From positions 864,001 to 928,000 of the forward strand of contig CAWGMQ010000007.1 of assembly GCA_963823665.1 (NCBI GenBank): 64,000 nt of DNA, read 5' to 3'. The notes under the pieces are model-generated. The model saw only the letters and a list, made by a program, of their open reading frames with translations, did no database searches and was not told the origin of the DNA. Made by a program: the position numbers and the translations under genes. Of this stretch, positions 56,862 through 64,000 are shown piece after piece (position 1 is the first letter of the stretch; each line of letters opens with the position of its first letter). The stretch comes from an uncultured Planctomycetota bacterium (GTDB taxonomy: Bacteria > Planctomycetota > Planctomycetia > Isosphaerales > Isosphaeraceae).

Positions 56862-57437
56862 TCAGCCGATCAAACCCTGGCCTTCTTGCCGCAAACGCCT
56901 GAGAACGCGAGACTTGGCGATCAGGACCGCGTTTACCGACAGGCCCAGGGTTTCGGCCACTTCGGAGGCCGGCCGCTCCTCGAAAACCAGGAGGCGGAAA
57001 CTATTCCAGGTGGATGGGGCGAATTCAGGCTGTATCAATTCCGTGAGGCGCCGGACGATGAATTCGTCGTGCTCGCGGTCGCAGAGCCGGCCAAGCTCGC
57101 TTTCGGGGTCTTCGAGCTGGGCGAGGCGGTCGTCAAGACCGTCGATGGGCCTCGATCGGCGCGCCCGCCAGTAGTCGCGGAGCCGGTTGGCGGTGATCGA
57201 GCGGACCCAGAGCCGGAAGGCCCCCGTTCGACCATTGTGATCGAAATTGCCCAGATCCCGGGCCAGCACGAGCAAAACCTCCTGCGCCAGGTCGTCGGCG
57301 TCGGCCTCCGGCGTGTCGTGCTGTTGCAACCAGCGGCGGATCAACGGGCCGTAAAGCATCGTGAGCCGTCGCCACGAAAGTTGATCGTGCGGCTGACGAC
57401 GCAGCCGATCGAGCAGGCTGAGCGGCGTCTCGTTCAA
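56862..57437 (-). CDS. ECF sigma-70 factor (planctomycete STK-associated type)
   Basis: TPLSLLDRLR, DADDLAQEV, GAFRLWVRSITANRL, AVLIAKSRVLRRLRQE. Confidence 0.92.
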   Translation of the reverse strand: MNETPLSLLDRLRRQPHDQLSWRRLTMLYGPLIRRWLQQHDTPEADADDLAQEVLLVLARDLGNFDHNGRTGAFRLWVRSITANRLRDYWRARRSRPIDGLDDRLAQLEDPESELGRLCDREHDEFIVRRLTELIQPEFAPSTWNSFRLLVFEERPASEVAETLGLSVNAVLIAKSRVLRRLRQEGQGLIG

Positions 57438-57510
57438 GCTTCACACCGTGCGGAGGGCTCGGGATCACGTGCTGCGAATCTCCATCCAGCCTAGCGGCCG
57501 TGGCGCGACT

Positions 57511-57786
57511 TCACAATCTCGGCGGCCGTGACAGCGACGCTGACTCTGGCATCGACGGGTTCGGGCGGAACTGGGCGAGCGTCTGGATATCGGTCAGGAG
57601 CTGAACGAGTGTCGCGCGATCGGGTTTGACCGCGTCGACCCATGACTTGACGACCTGGGGACAGGAGATCACGGCCAGGCCTGCTTGCTTGGCGACACGA
57701 ATGGCCTTGCGGTCGTCGGTGGCGACCGGCCATCCGCGGGATTCGGCGAGAGCCAGGCACATCGCCTCGCCGTCGGATCGGAACAT
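57511..57786 (-). pseudogene. PIN-domain protein C-terminal fragment
   Basis: DGEAMCLALAESRGWPVATDDRKA; N-terminal half not recognisable. Confidence 0.65.
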
Positions 57787-58152
57787 GACCTGGCGAAAGA
57801 ACGGAGTCGCCGCCTCCCCCGCTTCGTCTTCGAGAGGAGCTTGGAGCGAAGTTTCTCACGGAGCTGCTCGGACCGGGCAGTGAGGAGGAGGAAATTGTCG
57901 AGTCGCCGTGGAGCCAGTATTTCGTGGGGGGCTTGGGCAAATGGTGCCAACGAGACCATAGGCGTGCGGAGTGAACGGACCACCTGGATACGGGAATCGA
58001 GTGGGGCGTTCTTGCCGAGTTTTTAGCAACATCACTTTTTGCATGTGCTTGCCCCATTGAAGTGGGGGGATGCGACGCGCGTCTGGTGGCATTATGGCAT
58101 GCGGATCTGGACTTTCTGGGATTCGACGCGGCCGCTCTGGCTCTTTCCCCGA

Positions 58153-58536
58153 TCAATCGAACCACTCAGCCGCCGGGTCGAATGGCGGCACGACGACGTT
58201 CGGGATGGTCATCCGGCCGATGGCCCGGTGCCGGACTCCCGGCGGAATCATCACGGCGAGACTCGAAGTCACGGGCACTCGTTGGCCGTCCAGCTCGATC
58301 GCTGCGCCTGCGGAGCACTCGAGAATGTAGTAGATCTCGGCGTGCTCGCGGTGATAGTGGGTGAGGGCGTCGACCTCGATCTGGACGCGGTGGACACTGG
58401 CCGGAGCATTGGGGACGTCTGCGAACTCGCGACGGGCTCAACCGCACGGGCAGCGAACCGGATCGATCGTTGAGTAATCGGCGACGACGGCTGCGGGTGG
58501 ATGTTCGGGTTTGACCAAGATCGTGCGGCGACTCAC
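58153..58536 (-). pseudogene. Cupin pseudogene (R1 copy B) beside a ~55 bp DUF1080 3' relic
   Basis: Same 384-bp length as 39331..39714; Trp TGG changed to TGA at 58438-58440. Confidence 0.85.
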
Positions 58537-58828
58537 GGCTCACCTCTGACTCGATGTCGTGTCGACGATTCTGGTGCGGTAGGGTGGTGCGCTCCATGTC
58601 AAACAGCCGAGGCTAGCGACCGAGAGCGAGATTCCAGTATACCCGTTCGGGCCGGGGGACGGGCCCGCGGTGCGGCAGGGCTGACAACGCACTTCGCCGG
58701 TACGTACCGCGAGGGCGTCCCCGCGGCCGGCCGGAGTGGGCTATTAATGCCCAACCGCTCGAAAAGGTAAAAGTAGCTCTGAACGGAACCCCTACTCAGC
58801 AGGTCCATCATCACTTTCCTGCATAGGG

Positions 58829-59155
58829 GCGGGGAAGCTCGTGTTCGGCATCTTCGCTTCGCTCGCGGAATTCGAACGCGACCTGATTTCCGAGCGAACC
58901 AAAGCGGGGCTGGCATTGGCACGTGCCCGTGGACGAAAGGGTGGCGCCCCCTTCAAAATGACGGCGGCCAAAGTGCGCCTGGCGATGGCCGCCATGGGGC
59001 AAAAGGAAACGAAGGTGGCCGATCTGTGCAGCGAACTGGGTGTTACGCGGCAGACGCTCTATCGGCACATCGCGCCGAATGGCAGGCTACGCAAGGACGG
59101 TTCAAGGGTCGTCGAGGGTGGCAAGAATCGAAAGCCGCAAGGAAAGAAACCGTGA
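58829..59155 (+). pseudogene. 5'-truncated serine recombinase (resolvase/invertase)
   Basis: GKLVFGIFASLAEFERDLISERTKAGL...GVTRQTLYRH; catalytic N-terminus absent. Confidence 0.85.
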
Positions 59156-59392
59156 CCGCTCCTTTGTGAAGGCCACGACTTTATCTTTCAGCGGAACGTG
59201 GTCCAATCAGGTAAAATTGTGAATGACCGCAATGCTTGCTCCGGACCAGTCGTTCGATTTCACTCCCGGCCACAAGCGGACCCCTGGTTATTGGTCACAC
59301 CGACAATGCGGCGCGCGGATCGTGTCCAATCTCATTTCTGCGGAACGTCGGCTCAAGCTATTCTGAAGAACCTGGGGTGGAGATTTTGTACC

Positions 59393-59923
59393 ATGGCAAA
59401 GCTCGTCTATGGAATGAACCAGTCCCTGGATGGCTACGTCGACCATCTGGAATTCAGGCCAAGCCCGGCGCTCTTTCGTCACTTCATAGAGCAAGTGCGC
59501 GACTTGACGGGCAGTGTGTACGGTCGCCGCATGTACGAGGTAATGCGTTATTGGGACGAAGACCGTCCGGAGTGGGATGCGGAGGAACACGACTTCGCGG
59601 CGGCGTGGCGGAACCAACCGAAGTGGGTCGTGTCGCGCTCGTTGAAGTCGGTCGGGCCCAACGCCACACTTGTCGAGGATGACATCGAGGCGGTGATACG
59701 TGGGCTGAAGGCTCAGCTCGTTGGGGAGATTGAAGTTGCCGGACCAGACTTGGCAGGAAGCCTAACCGACCTTGGTCTTATTGATGAGTATCGACTCTAC
59801 CTCCACCCCGTCGTGCTTGGTCGCGGCAAGCCATTCTTCGCCGGCCCCCGGCCGCCGCTCCGCCTTGTGACCAGCGATCTAATTGGCGAGGACGTGATCA
59901 GGTTGACGTACGTTCCCGCTTAA
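59393..59923 (+). CDS. Dihydrofolate reductase-like (RibD C-terminal) protein
   Basis: MNQSLDGY, YGRRMYE, PKWVVSRSL, GLIDEYRLYLHPVVLGRGKPFF. Confidence 0.9.
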   Translation: MAKLVYGMNQSLDGYVDHLEFRPSPALFRHFIEQVRDLTGSVYGRRMYEVMRYWDEDRPEWDAEEHDFAAAWRNQPKWVVSRSLKSVGPNATLVEDDIEAVIRGLKAQLVGEIEVAGPDLAGSLTDLGLIDEYRLYLHPVVLGRGKPFFAGPRPPLRLVTSDLIGEDVIRLTYVPA

Positions 59924-61055
59924 TCGCGCGACTCGCTCGACGGACTGCGCCGACGCGTCAGGTCCGCTTTGGGTCATCAACGTAGAAGCGCCTCGGTGGG
60001 GCGGCCGCGGAGGGTGGGGAACGATTCGAGTGAGGCGCGAGAAGAATAGACTTGTTGCCTAGATTGCCATGAACGGATCTGTCCCCGTTTCGCTCCTAAC
60101 AAATTCGGCATCCGGCACCATAACAACGAGGTTAGAGGGGCTCGGACTGAATGGACCAACTGGATGCGGGAAGTGCGCGGGACGTTTTTGCCGACTTTTT
60201 AGCTGCATCAGTTTCGATTCGGGGGTTGCGATCGCGTTGATCGTTGCGTCCGTTGCAACCGGAATAAAAATTCCAGGTTTTCTGGTCGGCGAAATGGCCA
60301 AATCGCGAAAGTTGGTACATATTATACATAGCTCAATCTCGATCGCCGACACCGGAGTCGGCGCGAGGGAGCAACCATCTTTCTGGAACTGGGAATGACT
60401 GTTTCGTTCGCTCGAGCGCGTGCTCGAGGGTCTCAGCGCGGCCTAATCACCACGCCTATGCAGTGGGAAAAACGGGGCGGGACTGCGCTTGCAAAGGGGG
60501 ATCGGTACGCGGCGAAATGCCGCGGAGAATTGAGCTGTGCTGAGCGTGGGAGGGGTTTGGGCCACGGGGAGCGTGAGTTTTCACCCGTTGGGCCGAGGGA
60601 TCGGGGCGCGGGACGGGTGGCGTTATCCTCTTAGGAATTCAGTATTTCCGTACGGCTTCAAGGCGTTCCGGCCGGCCATCGGACGGGGTTCGAGACAGCA
60701 AGCAGAATGAGACTTTTTCGGGGTCAAGAGTCCCATTTCGTCCCATTTTGTCCCATCCACTTTTACTTAGTTGGAGCGTGTGAAACATGTCTCGAGAGCC
60801 GGAGCGCGGAATGCAGGAGGGGAGATCATGCACCGGGGAGAAACTGCTCGGAACAGACTGGGGGCCGGAGGGGGCGAGCACGATGATCAACCGCGTTGTC
60901 GGGCCTGTGTGCGTGGCGGCAGGCCGCGGACGGACCATGGAGCACCGGAGCAAGGCGGAGATCTACGGGCAACCGAGGTGGTGGATGGATCGAGAATTCG
61001 GCAGATTTTCAGGTTCGACCTCGGCCTAGGAATCGCCTTCTCGACCGAACGGTTG

Positions 61056-61257
61056 CGTTCCCGTAATCCTTGTGGCGTAAGGGCGCACGACAAATATACA
61101 AAACGAAATCGTTGATGAGGGTGGAGGGTTGAAAGTGGGTGGGTCGGAACAGGAATAAGATTGGGATTACGATTAGGATTAAGACTAAAAGCTCCGGGTC
61201 GCCGTTCCCGTAAGCCTTGTGGCGTAAGGGTGCGCGACGAATGTACAAAACGAAATC
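61056..61257 (+). repeat. Two 55-bp direct repeats (50/55 identical)
   Basis: 61056-61110 and 61203-61257: CGTTCCCGTAA.CCTTGTGGCGTAAGGG...ACAAAACGAAATC. Confidence 0.85.
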
Positions 61258-61287
61258 ACCGTTGTGTGTGGAGGGTGGGCCGAGAAT

Positions 61288-61476
61288 TCAAGCAGCCTCG
61301 CTCTCAAGCGCGTAGGTTCCCGGGAGCTCAAAGACGATCTCCTCGCGCTGGATGGGTACCTCGCCGGGGGCTTCAATTCCGATGCGGACCGAATTGCGGT
61401 CTATCTTGACGATCGTCACACGAACGTCGGGGCCCAGACGAAAACTCTGGCCGAGCTTCCTGCTCAGGACAAGCAT
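61288..61476 (-). CDS. csrA: Carbon storage regulator
   Basis: MLVLSRKLGQSFRLGPDVRVTIVKIDRNSVRIGIEAPGEVPIQREE; RBS GGAGG. Confidence 0.9.
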   Translation of the reverse strand: MLVLSRKLGQSFRLGPDVRVTIVKIDRNSVRIGIEAPGEVPIQREEIVFELPGTYALESEAA

Positions 61477-61833
61477 GACACGCTCCTCCGTGAACCTCAC
61501 CCGATCGAATGGACCGGGCCGGCATGCAACAGGGTTTGAAATCACAGTTTCTCGTGCGTCGGCATGCTATAGCAGCTTCCGTGCCAATGGCGATGTGCCG
61601 ATGGAGTGAGCCGCGGTCGCGGGGGCTGACCCGCTCTACACCGCCTGAACGGGACTGGTCGTGAAGATCGCAATGTGCCGATCTTGCCGGTTGACGTGTA
61701 AAATCGAACGCGGCTTTGAAAGAATTTCCTTGAGTTACGCGGCCGTCCGCTCTGATTCACGACGGATGCAGCCAAGACGTTGTGCATGCAGTTAGATCAA
61801 ATCCGATCATCATCTTTTGGCGGAGTGAGGCGT

Positions 61834-64000
61834 TTGAAGCGGATTCGGTTAGAGACACTGAGGCTTGGATTTGAGACCCGTCTGGTTGGGCCGGCGGTTC
61901 TTGTGGGCGGGTTGTTGGTCTGGCTCTGGCCGATTGGGATCGGCGGGAGGATGCCGGTCGGGGGCGATGTCACGCAGTTTTTCCTGGGCTTGATGGCGTT
62001 CTACGGGAACTCGCTCGCGGAGGGACGGCTGCCGGTTTGGAACGACCTTTGGGGATATGGCTTTCCGGGATTGGCGGAGAGTCAGATGGGTGTGTTCTAT
62101 CCGGTGCACTTCATTCTGTACCGCTGGCTGAACACCGAAGCCGCGTATGTTGTCAGCTTGATGGTTCATACGCTTTGGGGTGGGGCCGGTGCCTACTGGG
62201 CGGCGCGGCGGATTGGAACGTCTCGAATGGGCTCAACGCTCGCGGCGTTCTGCTGGACTACATGCGGGTTTTTCCTGGTGCACCTGGCTCACCCCTGGGG
62301 ATACACGACCGGATGCTGGATGCCTTGGGCCTGGGGGCTGGGGTTTAGCCTGGTCGCGGCTGCGGGCTCGGACCGGCGCGTCAGGCCGGTTTATCCGATT
62401 CTGCTGGCGCTCGTGCTGGCTCTCCAGCTCTTGCCGGGGCATTTTCAACTGGCATTTATCACTCAACTCGGGCTGGCGCTCATGGTGGGCTGGGTGGTGA
62501 TTGAACGGTGCGTCGCGCGTGTGTTTTCGAAAGAGAGGGAGCGGGAATCACCGAACGAGATGTGGAGTCTGCGTGGAGCGATCGTCGTTCTTTTCGCGCT
62601 TTTGTGTGCGTTTCCGCTGGCGGCCGTGCAGCTCGTGCCGACGGCGCGGCTGGCTCTGCTTGCCGGGCCGCAGGGCGAATTCAAGTACCTATCCGACTTT
62701 GCGTCACCGCCGTTCCACCTTGTGAACTACGTGGCCCCGGGGTTGTTTCATCGTTCGCCGCTCTGGCGGCCGCTCGTCTGGGACCCATTTCACGCGATGC
62801 CCGAAGAACATCTGACGTACGTGGGCTTGGTTCCCTTCTTCCTGGCGTGCATGACGGTGGTTCGGGAGTGGCGCCGGAACGCTAGCGTGCGACTTCTGAC
62901 GGTTCTGGCCGTTGTGACGCTGGTGCTTGGCCTTGGACCTTACGTTCCCGGATTCCGCTACTTGATCAAGGTGCCGGGGTTTTCCTTCTTCCGTGCACCG
63001 TCGCGCTACAGCGTGGCCGCTGCTCTGGCCGTGGCACTGCTGGCGGGGAAGGGGATCGATCGCTGGGGCGAATGGGCACGGCCCGGCCGCTCGCTGCGAC
63101 GATTGATCGTGTGTGCGGTCTGCTGGGTGGGAGTGACTCTGGGGCTCATCGAGCTGGCGATCTTTTGCACGGACAAGCCGGGGTGGCCCGCAGTTGCGGG
63201 CGGCTTCCAGAGAGTGTTTTCTGCGCTGCCGTGGCGCGGAGAGCCGAGCTTCGCGACGGTGCTTTTGCAGGCGCGACGACCGCAAGTGGACCAGCGCATC
63301 GGCTCGGCGCTTGCGCAGACAATCCTCTTGCGACAACCAGCAAATGAGCGTATCTTCACGGAACAGCGATTTCATATCTATTTTCGAGAGCTTGGCGAGG
63401 CGGTGCCGCTCTTGGTGCTGGTGCTGCTTCTGGCCGTGATGAGTGATAAGGGGGGGCTTAATCCACTGCGGGCGCGGCGAGGGCTCTTCTTGCTCACGTT
63501 TCTGGACCTGTTGCTGCTGGGCCGCCATCGGCTGGTTGACGTGGCACCCTGGAAGCCGCTGGTGGAGCAGAGCCCGGTGCTCGAGAGCCTGGCGCACGAG
63601 CCGCGCGGGACGCGCGTTGCCGACCGCCGGACGAGGAACCTGCCCATGCGGGTGGGATTGGCGCCGATCTCGGCTTATCACACGCTCGATTTGCCGGTGG
63701 TCGGATCGCTGACGGCGCTGGCGATGGGGTCGCCCTCTGACCCGCGGATTGGCAGGGAAGTTCAGGCTGCTCTGCGTGCCACGGGCAGTGGAGTGCGGCT
63801 GTTCGATCCGATCGAGAACCGGGAGGACGAGTTGGTCAAGAGGCCGGAGAATGATCGGGAGGTGATGGACGACGAGGCGATGGCGAGCTTGTTGTTCGGG
63901 GCGTCGTGGGTGGCGGAGCAGGGGCCGTGGGCGCGGAGGTTCTCAATCTGGCGGCCGGAGGTGCCGGCCGTGCGCGCCTGGTTCGTGCCGGGGCTCGACG
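61834..64000 (+). CDS. YfhO-like multi-TM membrane protein (GT-C-like), 3'-partial; absent from the ORF track
   Basis: Translated by hand: GRMPVGGDVTQFF, GRLPVWNDLWGYGFPGLAESQMGVFYP, GHFQLAF, FRAPSRY; runs off the window. Confidence 0.75.
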   Translation, partial: MKRIRLETLRLGFETRLVGPAVLVGGLLVWLWPIGIGGRMPVGGDVTQFFLGLMAFYGNSLAEGRLPVWNDLWGYGFPGLAESQMGVFYPVHFILYRWLNTEAAYVVSLMVHTLWGGAGAYWAARRIGTSRMGSTLAAFCWTTCGFFLVHLAHPWGYTTGCWMPWAWGLGFSLVAAAGSDRRVRPVYPILLALVLALQLLPGHFQLAFITQLGLALMVGWVVIERCVARVFSKERERESPNEMWSLRGAIVVLFALLCAFPLAAVQLVPTARLALLAGPQGEFKYLSDFASPPFHLVNYVAPGLFHRSPLWRPLVWDPFHAMPEEHLTYVGLVPFFLACMTVVREWRRNASVRLLTVLAVVTLVLGLGPYVPGFRYLIKVPGFSFFRAPSRYSVAAALAVALLAGKGIDRWGEWARPGRSLRRLIVCAVCWVGVTLGLIELAIFCTDKPGWPAVAGGFQRVFSALPWRGEPSFATVLLQARRPQVDQRIGSALAQTILLRQPANERIFTEQRFHIYFRELGEAVPLLVLVLLLAVMSDKGGLNPLRARRGLFLLTFLDLLLLGRHRLVDVAPWKPLVEQSPVLESLAHEPRGTRVADRRTRNLPMRVGLAPISAYHTLDLPVVGSLTALAMGSPSDPRIGREVQAALRATGSGVRLFDPIENREDELVKRPENDREVMDDEAMASLLFGASWVAEQGPWARRFSIWRPEVPAVRAWFVPGLD

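Noticed and set aside
58755..58792. Tn3-type 38-bp terminal repeat near the resolvase relic
   Set aside because: Starts GGGG on the minus strand but lacks the inner TAAG end and has no partner in the window.
59977..60634. Short ORFs in the AT-richer intergenic region
   Set aside because: No recognisable motifs or RBS; overlapping alternatives on both strands; more likely non-coding.
61056..61257. CRISPR array
   Set aside because: Only two 55-bp repeats with a 92-bp low-complexity spacer, and no cas genes.

Overview
GC-rich bacterial DNA whose gene families point to a planctomycete, probably Isosphaeraceae-like (inference): LEPRxLLS export motif, ECF plus zinc-finger Ser/Thr kinase, DUF1080, Uma2, hopanoid genes, CsrA. 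Positions 1-30.8 kb are mostly backbone: CusA-type RND, USP-cupin, TolC plus beta-barrel, holA, transglutaminase, BON proteins, shc-hpnH-hpnG, hslVU, HI0933 oxidoreductase, Uma2, AAA ATPase, tsaE, thiL and glycerate kinase. This half has many single-base indels, most likely long-read errors. Positions 30.9-60 kb are accessory. An intact IS50-like IS4 element sits inside a GTAG-type REP hairpin. A REP-bounded padR-cytochrome c-RND-MFP operon follows. Then comes a ~19 kb island between diverged direct repeats of a DUF1080/cupin locus. It carries a DUF4160/DUF2442-HTH-like TA pair, a zinc-finger STK, a TPR-sulfotransferase, a ~3,350-aa secreted Rhs protein whose variable cargo is internal rather than C-terminal, and an ECF sigma factor. 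The window ends with resolvase and DHFR-like relics, a GGA-rich non-coding tract, csrA and a YfhO-like membrane protein. The best candidate for an undescribed system is the ECF/STK/giant internal-cargo Rhs/sulfotransferase module. No rRNA, tRNA or CRISPR array was seen.
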